Positions 53,170-64,000 of a stretch of DNA of 64,000 bases are shown here, one piece after another. A program made the position numbers and the translations under genes. Under the pieces are notes generated by a model. The model was not told where the DNA came from and ran no database searches. It worked only from the letters and a program-made list of their open reading frames with translations. The stretch's first letter is position 1. Each line of letters opens with the position of its first letter. Source of the stretch: Octopus sinensis (lineage: Eukaryota); NCBI RefSeq assembly GCF_006345805.1, contig NC_043003.1:10168001-10232000 (forward strand). Reading direction: 5' to 3'.

Positions 53170-54984
53170 AGTGTGTGTGTGTGTGTGTAACTGCTAAGGG
53201 TATATGTGCGCATGTGCATGTGAGAGAGAGAGAGAAAGAAAGGGATCGGGGTGGGAGGTTTTTTGCAATGGTTTATGATGTGGATTTATTCATTTACTAA
53301 CGTAAAGAAAAGCGTGATGTATTTTATGACGTTCACCTCCTGACTGGTATTTTTTGTTGGCATCAGAATGCACTTGGCATCCACTGAATTATATATTTCG
53401 TGGATAAATCTACACGTATGAAAGGATTTCGGAGCGAGAATGAGCTTACATTACTTACGATAAGCAGTATTTATGACATTTAAATATAATTGGGGACCGC
53501 CCAGTTGTCAAGCGTTTAAATTAGTTTAGTTAATTTACGAGGTAAATATTGATTGCTGATACTTGAGTGCCATTAATAATCGTAGAGTTAGGGAAAGATG
53601 TCCGTTTATTATATGAAAAGAGTCATCCATATCAAAATAAATCATACAGAGATAAGCCAAAATTCATGTAGATATTATATACATGCACTAACTTCTGTGG
53701 TTCTCACTGTTATCTTATAATTTATATTTTACATGTTTCAGTCATTCAATTGCGGCCTTCAAATGGCTAAAACCACTCAAGGACACGACCGTGAAGGATT
53801 TTAGCCGAACAAATCGATATCAGTATAATTTTTTCATTTTATTTTCACCTCAATTCATTATGTTTGATTATGAAAATCACTAATTGCCAAAAATATAACT
53901 TAGTTTTCCTGCCTATTACTAAATGGTACATCATTCGCCTCATATTGTTTCATGAAAATGTACGCGGTGGATGCTTATATCATGTCCCAGCATCGTGAAA
54001 CGATTAAACTGCAACCTGACTTCAAATCGTTATTACGAACTTCCACACACATACACAAGATGCGACGAGATGGCAGAAACATTAGCACGCCGGGCGAAAC
54101 CCTCAGCAGTATTTCGTCCGCCGCTACGTTCTGAGTTCAAATTCTACTTTGTCTTTCATCTTTTCGGGGTCGATCAAATAAGTACCACTTATGCACTGAG
54201 GTCGATGTAATCGACTTAATCACTTCCTCCAAAATTCATGCCTTGTGTTACAGTAGAAAAGGATTATTATGAGGTCCCATTATTTACAACAAAGGTTTAT
54301 CTACAAGTGCCTAAATTAGGGGGTCAGCGAAACTCAAGATGTTACAGCAGCAATGTTACTATCGAAACTCTAAGTATTTGGCAACTGTCATCTTATCACC
54401 TCTTCCCCAAGCTAGATAAACTATATTTTATATGTTAAATGTTTGTCCATATGTCAGTTGATCCTGTGATCGACCAGTCCATCGGATGTTGTTATACATC
54501 GCAGGTCAAAACGCGCTTTGAATTGTTTTAGCTTTCGAACGGTGCCACCCCAGGGACTAGGTGAGCAGGCCAACATTCCTCCAGATCGGAAGTCTTATCC
54601 GTCGCAGGGTTACGCATTTACAAATGAGCGGCCTGGGGCAACGTGAACTGAAGTGTTTTTTTGGAGAACACAACGCACCGCACGGTAAAGAAATCGAACC
54701 AAAGATCACTAGATCGTAATTATAACACCCTAATCCCTGCACCACACGGCTTCACAATTACACAGACAAAAACACGAACACACACTCTCTCTTTCTCTCT
54801 CTTTCTCTATTTCTCTCACTCAAACACACAGAGGCTCACACTCAGATATATTTGTTATTTGCGACGGATGTAGTATTAGCTCCGAATAGCATTGCGTCCA
54901 GTTCTATATTTAAAAGATGAGGAATTATGTACATTATTTACATTATTTACATTTGACAGATATTTGTACCCATCTTGTTTGTTG

Positions 54985-55034
54985 TTAACACAACGTTTCG
55001 GCTGATATACCCTCCCTCCTTCATCAGGTTTCTT
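54985..55034 (-). ncRNA. Hammerhead-like motif in left inverted arm (stem II decayed)
   Basis: Minus strand AAAC-CTGATGA-aggagggagggtatatcagcc-GAAAC-GTT-GTGTT. Confidence 0.55.
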
Positions 55035-55086
55035 GGGGAAATTTCGAACGTGAGTTCTCATTCCTATGTTGTTGTTGTTGTTGTTG

Positions 55087-55136
<50 letters not shown>

Positions 55137-55140
<4 letters not shown>

Positions 55141-55206
55141 TCACTGCCAGGAATCGAACTCGGAATCTTGGTGTTAGTAGCCCACGCTCTTAACCACTAC
55201 GCCATA
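55137..55206 (-). mobile_element. ~70-bp tRNA-derived mini-SINE with (AAT)n tail
   Basis: Minus strand TGGCGTAGTGGTTAAGAG (A box)...GAGTTCGATTCC (B box) TGGCAGTGACCTG then (AAT)n. A second tail-only copy GGCAGTGACTTG+(AAT)n faces the other way at 55212-55223. Confidence 0.75.
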
Positions 55207-55242
55207 TGTCAGGCAGTGACTTGAATAATAATAATAATAATA

Positions 55243-55294
<52 letters not shown>

Positions 55295-55296
<2 letters not shown>

Positions 55297-55850
55297 GCCC
55301 TGATGCAGTACCAGGCAGTAGCTCTCATGGCTTCTGATCTTAACTGATTGGAAGTGTTATCATGTACATTGTTTTGTCTTGGTATAAAAGATGGGCTACA
55401 GCAAATATTCTGCTCAATACCACAGATTTGCTTGTCAGTTGTTTGACCTTAACCAGTTGAGCATGTCCCTTAGTGGCTGACGATATGTGCATCTCTGATC
55501 ACGAGCAGAAGTAGTGGGGGAGCATCATAGCCATGTGTTGAGAGGGATTCTTTGGGGTTTGAATAGTTCACCTCTGGAAACATGGGTGGTTCTTTCAACA
55601 TCCTTAAACAACCCTTATTCAGGGACCGTTTGAGCGGGATGGGCTACTCAACCTGAAGAAAATTCTAACTGGGCCCCACCTGCAAGGTCATGTGCTGTTT
55701 ATCTTGATATGAGATCACCATGTCGCGCACATATGGTTGTGATGCATGTGCCTGGTGTACCTTTATCAGACGGGTAGTCATGATGGGTATATTGGGCTTC
55801 GTATATTTTACCCCAGTGTCACTTTGATGGCATGAACTGCTCTCTCACTC
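55295..55850 (+). mobile_element. ~555-bp non-coding element inserted in (AAT)n, copy 2
   Basis: Colinear with 18418-18973, with the same ends and AAT flanks. Confidence 0.85.
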
Positions 55851-55932
55851 AATAATAATAATAATAATAATAATAACAACAACATCGAAAAATACCTTAG
55901 GAATGAGAACCTAGGTTCGAAATTTCCCCAGG

Positions 55933-55977
55933 ACACCTGATGAATGCTGGAAGGGTATATCAGCCGAAACGTTGTGT
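55933..55977 (+). ncRNA. Minimal type-I hammerhead-like motif in right inverted arm
   Basis: ACAC-CTGATGA-AT-GCTG gaagggtatat CAGC-C-GAAAC-GTT-GTGT. Stem I ACAC/GTGT; palindromic AACGTT stem III has no loop, the dimer-type architecture. Confidence 0.7.
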
Positions 55978-56522
55978 GAACAACAAACAAGATAAGGACA
56001 AATATCCGTCAAATGTAAATAATGTAAATAATAATTATAACTAATATATTATTGTTAAACATCCAAGAGAAATAACCCATTCACTCCTGAAAGGGATCCT
56101 TACATATAGCCTAGGGAAATAACCCATTCAGGTGTGTACATTATTTCGTCAAATGTAAATAATGTAAATAATGTAAATAAAGCATTACGCCCATCATAAT
56201 TAGAGCAGAGATACTGCTGAATGCCTAAAATCTGTGGTATTCGTATCAAGGAGACATCTCGTTCAGACGCATTGCGTTTGAAAGGCAGAACATTATAGAA
56301 GTTTCAGGTGAAAAGTGTCTAGTTGAAATGATGGAATCGCTAAATACCTCTTCCTGCTTCTCTGAGCGTCATAAATTGCAATTATTTACTTGCAACCGTA
56401 TGCTAAAACAAATTTATTTTCCATGGATAGAAAAATAAAACAGGGATTAACAAATTACTGACGTCGTAAACAGCCTTTAGGCTGGATAGAATTCGTTATT
56501 AGCGACGGAATTGATATAACTA

Positions 56523-56897
56523 AAGGAGTGGCTGTGTGGTAAGTAGCTTGCTTACCAACCACATGGTTCCGGATTGCCAGGTGAAATGCTTAGCGGTATT
56601 TCGTCTGCCGCTACGTTGTGAGTTCAAATTCCGCCGAGGTCGACTCTGCCTTTCATCCTTTCGGGGTCGATAAATTAAGTACCAGTTACACACTGGGGTC
56701 GATGTAATCGACTTAATACCTATGTCTGTCCTTGTTTGTCCCCTCTCTGTTTAGCCCCTTGTGGGTAATAAAGAAATAGGTTCCGGGTCCAGTCCCACTG
56801 CGTGCCACCTTGCACAATTGTCTTCTACTGTAGCCTCGTGCCGACCAAAGCCTTGGGAGTGGCTTTGGTAGACGGAAACTGAAAGAAGCCCGTCGTA

Positions 56898-56958
<61 letters not shown>

Positions 56959-57256
56959 GTATTTATGTATGTATGTATGCATGTATGTATGTTTGTATGC
57001 GTGTATGCATGTATGCATGTATGTATGTGTGTGTGTGTATATATTTGTGCGTCTGTGTTCGTCCCCCCACCAACATCGCTTGATAACTGAGGCTGATGTG
57101 TTTTTGTCCATGTAATTTAAGGGTTCGGCAAAAGAGACCGATAGAATAAATACTAGGCTTCCAAAGAATAAGTCCTGCGGTTGATTTGCTCGACTAAAGG
57201 CGGTGCTCCAGCATGGCCACAGTCACATGACTGAAACAAGTAAAAGAGTAAAAGAG
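56523..57256 (+). mobile_element. SINE family A interrupted by a SINE family B (56573-56778)
   Basis: 8-bp TSD GGTTCCGG at 56565-56572 and 56779-56786. Confidence 0.88.
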
Positions 57257-57659
57257 TAATTGCACTCTGTACGGTGGTAAGATCATGATTGATACTCCCG
57301 GACCGGGTGCTGCGTTTTTCTTGAGCAAAACACTTTATTTCACGTAGGTCTGCAATCACATCGACATCTGATGCGTGACACACCATGCACCTGTACAGGC
57401 AATGAGCATTTGGTGGAGAGAGTGGGCAAATATGCAACATCAAACATTGGTCACTATAAGTCAGTCATTTATGCAGATTGCTCAACAATTATTTACAGAA
57501 CCTTGATCTGCGATCAAATGTTTGTACAGCGCATTAGCTCACCCCTCTCCACCAAATCAACAAGAGCTCGTTGAGCTCACGCAGTGTGATCATACACCAG
57601 AAGGGATCGCAAACCACGTACGTACAACGAGGTATTTTACTCACGGGCGCCACGCATCC

Positions 57660-58460
57660 TCTGCTTCAGGAATCAAAACCACGACCTTTCCATCGTGCAT
57701 ACAACACCTTAACCACTTAGCTATACCCTGTTATACCTGTATATACGACAGTGCATCATCCATTCAGGGAATTGAAACCGAGATCTGGCGATCGAGAGTA
57801 TAGCATACACACACGCCCCTAACCACTCGGCTGCGTCACACCATGCGAGCACATACGTGCATGTATGAGTGCAGCACCTCGTCGGGTCATGGAATCGAAA
57901 CCATGATATCGCGATCGAGAGTATAGCACCCTAACCACTAGAATACGCCACATCTGCATATATGTAGGTGCATATACGTAGATATACGAGCGCAGCGCAT
58001 CGGCCGGACCAGGAATCGAAACCAAGATCTCGCAATCTATAAAGTACAGCATCGTAACCACTAGACAACGCTTCACCGTGCGTGCGTATACGCACGTGTA
58101 GGTGCATATACGTGCATATACGAGCGCAACGCATCGGCCGGTTCGAGAATCGAAACCAAGATCTCGCGATCTAAAGTACAGTACCGTAACAACCAGACAA
58201 CGCCTCACACTGCATGCATATATATACGTATACGTGCATATACGAGCGCAGTGCATCGGCTGGTCCAGGAATTGAAACCAAGATTTCGCAATCTATAAAG
58301 TACAACACCTCACCGTGCGTGCGTATACGCACGTATAGGTGCATATACGTGCATATACGAGCGCAACTCATCGGCCGGTTCGGGAATCGAAACCAAGACC
58401 ACGCGATCTAAAGTACAGCACCCAAGCCACTACACATCGCCACGCCGTGCGTGCATAAGC
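57660..58460 (-). repeat. Tandem array of ~7 tRNA-like heads (100-130-bp period)
   Basis: GAATCGAAACC-like B-box complements at about 57669, 57768, 57892, 58013, 58146, 58269 and 58383; most are followed by CTAACCACTAG-like A-box complements. Confidence 0.85.
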
Positions 58461-59104
58461 ACGTACATTATCATGTGGGTTCCTAGAAGGTTGAGAGCTA
58501 TTACATTTATCATAATCTCTGTTACAACGTCTGTATTGAAGACACCATATTTATGTTTCTGACAGCCTTTATAAATATATATGTTTGAATTGTTTTCCTT
58601 CCGTAGTTTGCAAAACTGGATGAAGCCAAGAGTTTCCCAATCACGTGATTAATCAGTATATTTACATACTTGGACATGTCCTCCTTTGAATGCTTTATTA
58701 CGATTGGCGATACTTCTAATTCAGAGCGTGGTGTTAAGAGGCTGTACGCATTGGATCTAGCATTATCCGAATGTTTTCCAGTATCATAGTTAACTGACAG
58801 AATGATTTACTGTTTATTGTATTATTTATTGCCGTTTGCTGTGACAGACGATAGTAAAGTAATATATGGGTAGATATCCATTTCCTGGAGTACATAGCAT
58901 TCGTTTTCTGTTTACAGAATTAAGATATATGTACGTTTACAAATGCATTCGCACTTATATCGAATCACAAAGCAGCGTACCTTCTAAACAATGTTTGAAA
59001 GATATCCAGAATGAAGTGTGTGGCTATGTGTGCGCGCGGATAAGATATTTTGATGTATGAATTTATCGTCATTCACACAAACACATAAGAATAATGTGTT
59101 AGTA

Positions 59105-59126
59105 TATATTTAAGGATAAATATATT

Positions 59127-59182
<56 letters not shown>

Positions 59183-59187
59183 GTCCT

Positions 59188-59226
<39 letters not shown>

Positions 59227-59359
59227 AACACACAGAAATCCTTCGACTATCACGGGTGTGACTGTCCAAAACACCCCGCGATATGTGAAAATATACGAAA
59301 TAGAAACAGTACTGTATATCTTTTTTATTATGTATATAAATATGTATATGTATGTATAT

Positions 59360-59395
<36 letters not shown>

Positions 59396-59544
59396 GTATG
59401 TATAGATATATATATGCATGTATATGTATATGTATGTATATATATGTGTATGTATATGTATGTATATGTATGTATATGTATGTATGTATATGTATGTATA
59501 TGTATGTATATGTACGTATATGTATATATATATATATGTATATG

Positions 59545-59584
<40 letters not shown>

Positions 59585-60031
59585 GCATGTATATATATAC
59601 ATGTATATGTATATATATATGTATATGTATGTATATATATATGTATATGTATGTGTATGCATATATATATATGTATATGTATGTATATATATATATGTAT
59701 ATGTATGTATATATATTTTAATCAATTTAGGGTAGCAAAAAATTCAATAGAAATTTATCGCTACCAGCGGCCTAATGTATGTATATATATATATGTATAT
59801 ATATGTATATATATGTATATATATGTATATGTATGTATATATATGTATATGTATATGTATATATGTGTATATGTATGTATATATATATATGTATATGTAT
59901 GTATATATGTATATGTATATATGTATGTATGTATATGTTTATGTATATGTATGTATATATGTATATGTATGTATATGTATATGTATGTATATGTATGTAT
60001 ATGTATATGTATGTATATATGTACATGTATG

Positions 60032-60082
<51 letters not shown>
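59105..60082. repeat. ~1-kb (AT)n/(ATATGT)n/(ATGT)n mosaic
   Basis: Directly visible; explains ORFs 59099-60161. Confidence 0.95.
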
Positions 60083-60085
<3 letters not shown>

Positions 60086-60479
60086 CAATTATTTAACAAA
60101 TACAACACAACGTTTCCCTGACGAGGAACAAACAAACGTGATTATAATAGTCAAACATTAATAATAATAACAACAAACCTTTTTAATTTATCCCCATTTA
60201 TGTGAAACCACTTATTCAAGTTCAAGTCATTGATGCAATTTTATACGAATTGCTAATGCACACACACACACATACATAATAAGGGTGAAAAATTGAATAT
60301 TAATTTGATTAATATGAATTGAAAACCAGTGGTGTAGCATATAAGGCCATAGCGGATCTTCTTCTTACAAAATGGATGACCACTGTTAATGGTTCATCCC
60401 TGTTATATAATACTTTTACTTTAATAGTTTCAGTATTAAAGTGAATGTCTGCATTACACCAGAGAGATGTTTTTGTTTC

Positions 60480-60684
60480 ACTTTTAACACGTAATACTGA
60501 AATAGTAGAGAAGATATGATATTGCTGGGGGTCGTCCTAGGCAAAAAGTTAAATTTTTTTGCCGATGACACTCCCCGGACCTTACGTAAGGCATGTGTAA
60601 AATTTGAATGAAATTGGTTGTGTAGTTTTCAAGTTTTACGGAAACACACAGACAGACACACATTCTCAGTTTTATATATATAGA
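60480..60684 (-). mobile_element. 5' part of a Helitron-like non-autonomous element
   Basis: Minus strand starts TCTATATATATAAAACTGAGAATGTGTGTCTGTCTG; no 3' hairpin or CTAG found. Confidence 0.55.
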
Positions 60685-60828
60685 TATATAACTTATATAT
60701 ACACCATTCTGCTTAAATAATGGAACTGCAGATATCCTTACGTACCTCACGTCTGATTTCATTCCTCCACTTCACTCTGTATCTCATATCTTCTCTATAA
60801 TAAATATTACTCAAACATTTCCTCGCAC

Positions 60829-60876
60829 CTCCTCTGATGAAGGGATATATGAAATATCCCGGAAACAGCTGTAAGA
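60829..60876 (+). ncRNA. Minimal type-I hammerhead ribozyme-like motif
   Basis: CCT-CTGATGA-A-GGGATAT atgaa ATATCCC-G-GAAAC-AGCT-GTA-AG. 7-bp stem II, palindromic stem III ACAGCTGT, GUA triplet; stem I only 2 bp. Confidence 0.72.
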
Positions 60877-61494
60877 CCTTCTCTTTATAAATGTTCTAAA
60901 ATCTGCATAGCCTTGGTTTTTTTTATCTCATTCTGTTAATTACATACTTTACCCTTTTACTCTTTTACTTGTTTCAGTCATTTGACTGCGGCCATGCTGT
61001 AGCACCGCCTTTAGTCGAGCCTGACAGTACTTAAGGGGCCCTAACTGTTTCTCATAGGGTGACAGCGATTTGTACGCTTCACTACTTGGTTAATAATTTC
61101 TTCTCTTTCTCCCCCACAATGGGAAATGTGCGTCCGATCGTTTCCTATTTGAAGAAATGAGGTCTTGAATTTCGATGAAGTTTCATGTTCGTCTGTGTTT
61201 CTTCAGTGTTCATCACCTGCCTCTACTGGAGCACGCAAATAACAATCAGTCAAAGATAAATTTAACCTGCAATTTTACTGTGGTTCTTTTATTTCGCCTC
61301 CCCATATAGCGTGGTCTCCATTGTCTGCAGTGGGTGTGGCGCCAACTCCTTCCGCTGCCTCGCTTTTCGGCATTAAATTCACGTTAAACGATTTTAGATA
61401 CATATCGTCCCACACAACGGCTGAAATTATCTTTCTAAATACTCCTTTCACAGCATTGAAACATTTCATACGTAAAGGCATACCTTTGTATTCA

Positions 61495-61737
61495 TAGGTT
61501 TTCGGGTTCAGTCCCATCGCGTGGCACTTTCGGCAAGTCTCTTCTAATCAAGGCTCGGGCTGAGTAAGGCCTTTTGAATGGGTCGGGTAAACGGAAACCG
61601 AAAGGAGCCCTTCATAAGTACGTGTATCTGTGTGTGTATGTGTGATTGCGTGTGTGTGTATGTGTGATTGCGTGTGTGTGTGTGTGTGTGTGTATGTGTG
61701 TGTGTGTGTGAGTGTGTGTGTGTATTTCTGTCCCCCA
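61495..61737 (+). mobile_element. Diverged SINE family A, 5' half
   Basis: GGGTTCAGTCCCATCGCGTGGCAC...ACGGAAACCGAAAGGAGCCC then (TG)n. Confidence 0.75.
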
Positions 61738-61819
61738 CTACTATTTTATAGTTGAAAAGCTGAAATATTTTACGCTTCCCCTTGCCTCTTCTATAAAATC
61801 CATGGCCAAGCGGTATTAT

Positions 61820-64000
61820 CCTATTATAAACAGCATAAACCTAGCCGTCACTGAACTGATAGCCACTGAATAAAAAAAAGTGATATCACTGAGCTAAATA
61901 ACCTAATATACGCAGCAGCCACTGCAGCCACAAAAGAAGCTGGATACTCACCCAAACCCGCCCAAACAGGAGTACCACCACCCAAACAAACCCTGTGGAT
62001 AAATAACATCCAAAGCAAAATTTAAAAAAATAGAAAAGACCTGTCGATTCTTAATGAAATCAGCAAAGAATCAACGCTACTGAGCAACAAAAAGAGAACA
62101 AAAATACTCCGCAAATATAACATCACAGAAAAAGATTTGCCTGAAATAAAAGAAAAGCTGAAGCAAGATATCCTTGCCAAAGCACAAAGGATCCGCCGGT
62201 ACAAGAAACGCCAACGCTTCTTTGAAGAAAACAAAAAGTTCAACTCCAACCCCAAAAAGTTCTACCAAGAACTGGGCAAAAATAAAATAGAAGTCACTGC
62301 AGCACCAACGGCAGAAGAATTGGAAGAATTCTGGGGAGAAATATGGTCGGCGAACGAACCACCAAAGAAAAGGAGTATGAAAATAACAAACTCGGCATCT
62401 GAACAAATTTGGACCCCCATAACAACTGAAGAGGTCACCCAGGCACTGCAAAGACTAAGCAACTGGAAGGCACCTGGGCATGACAAGATCCCCAACTTCT
62501 GGTTGAAATATCTAACAGGAATGCACAAAAAGCTGGCTGAAAACTTTAACAACGTACTAGCAGAGCCAGAGACAATGCCTGAATGGCTCACGAAGGGGAA
62601 AACCATCTTAATTCCCAAATCAAATGAAACAGAAAAACCAGAAAACTACAGACCAATAACCTGCCTCCCTACTATGTTCAAGGCATTTACTGCAGTGATA
62701 TCACAAAGGCTGAACAAGCACCTGGACGAAAACAAACTGTTCCCAGAAGAGCAGAAGGATGCCGCAAAGGCTCATATGGCTGTAAAGATCAACTAATGAT
62801 TAATAAAGCCATAACTGAAGACAGCCACAGAAAGAAGTAAGGCCTCAGTATGGCCTGGATTGACTACAAAAAGGCGTTTGATAGCATCCCCCACACATGG
62901 ATCCTCGAAACACTAGCCATTAACAAAGTAGCACCAACAATCATAAAATTCATAGAGCACTCTATGAATAAATGGCAAACAGTCCTACACCTCCAAACAA
63001 AAGAGGGACTCATGAAAACCAAAGACATCCCCATTAGAAGAGGAATATTCCAGGGAGATACGCTCTCTCCACTCCTTTTCTGCTTGGCACTGTCACCTCT
63101 ATCTGATATGCTAAATAGAACTGGATGCGGATATAAATGTTACGGCAAACGATCAGCCACCTTTTATATATGGATGACCTAAAACTATACGCTGCAAATG
63201 ACAAACAGCTGGAAACACTATTAAAGACAGTTCATGGATTTACCAAAGAAATAGATATGAAATTTGGATTAGAAAAATGCGCCAAAGTAACCATGAAAAG
63301 AGGAAAACTAGTTAAGAGTAACAACATCACACTAGATGAAGCAAATGAAATAAAAGAATTAGACCAAAGCCAAACTTACAAATACTTAGGAATCCATGAA
63401 CTAGATAAGACACAACACACACAAATGAAAGAGAAAATAAAAAAAGAATATTATAGACGAGTTAGATCAATACTAAACACAGAGCTCAATGCTAAAAACA
63501 AGATAATAGGTATCAACACTTTAGCTGTCCCAGTTATAAGTTACAGCTACAATATCCTTAACTGGACACGAAATGAACTGACCAAAATAGACAGGAAAAC
63601 AAGAAAAATAATGACAGGATCTAGGATGCATCACCCAAAATCTGACATAGAAAGACTATATATACAATGTATAGAAGGTGGTAGAGGCCTTATACAGCTG
63701 GAAAACTACTATAAAATAACCACCATAGGACTGCAAAAATATCTACTTCAGAAGGAAGGAAAACTGATCCAGATAGCGGCAAAACACGAGCAAAACAAAA
63801 AACTGTTCTCAGTATTTAAGGAAGCTGACAAATACAAACAAGAAATCATACCACCTAATAAACATGAAGAAGAAGAAGAAGATGAAGAAACAATAAAAGC
63901 TATAAAAAAAATGAAATCCAAACTAAAAATAGAACAGCAACGAACCATGATAAAACGATGGCAAGAAAAGCCCCTTCATGGTAAATACTGGACTAAACTA
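61820..64000 (+). mobile_element. 5'-truncated R4/Dong-like (restriction-like endonuclease class) non-LTR retrotransposon, RT region, running off the window
   Basis: Consecutive frames give WKAPGHDKIPNFWLK, YRPITCLPTMFK, AWIDYKKAFDSIPH, GIFQGDTLSPLLFCLAL, HLLYMDDLKLYA, YKYLG, GGRGL and LHGKY. The last frame is open for about 280 codons to base 64000. About three frameshifts and one in-frame stop near 62838. Confidence 0.88.

Noticed and set aside
61170-61215. Minus-strand CTGAAGA...GAAAC
   Set aside because: No stem II and no room for stem I.
61275-61517. GC-richer island with open frames on both strands and plausible splice sites
   Set aside because: No recognisable product on either strand; cannot choose a strand, so left uncalled.

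Overview
Eukaryotic, AT-rich, repeat-dominated genomic DNA, most likely from an octopod cephalopod. This assignment is inferred from the SINE families and the very high microsatellite load, not from a database match. No complete, recognisable host protein-coding gene is present, and most entries in the ORF track are microsatellite read-throughs. Recognisable content: (1) three tRNA-derived SINE families in dozens of copies; (2) a young, 5'-truncated R4/Dong-like non-LTR retrotransposon running off the right edge, plus several element ends stacked in (AAT)n tracts; (3) a CR1/L2-type LINE 3' end whose terminal hairpin is shared with the main SINE family; (4) DD37D (maT) Tc1/mariner relics, MITEs, Helitron-like short elements and a Ty3/gypsy RT fragment; (5) eight minimal type-I hammerhead-ribozyme-like motifs of several distinct sequence types, mostly inside short elements next to microsatellites; (6) several local inverted or direct duplications and hairpins; (7) a few weakly supported exon candidates, including a Cys-rich defensin/EGF-like peptide exon at 6490-6617. 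The most system-like signal is an (AAT)n-targeted retroelement community: an autonomous R4/Dong-like element, a 555-bp passenger, a mini-SINE and hammerhead cassettes. Element boundaries were read by eye and are approximate unless a TSD or TIR is quoted.
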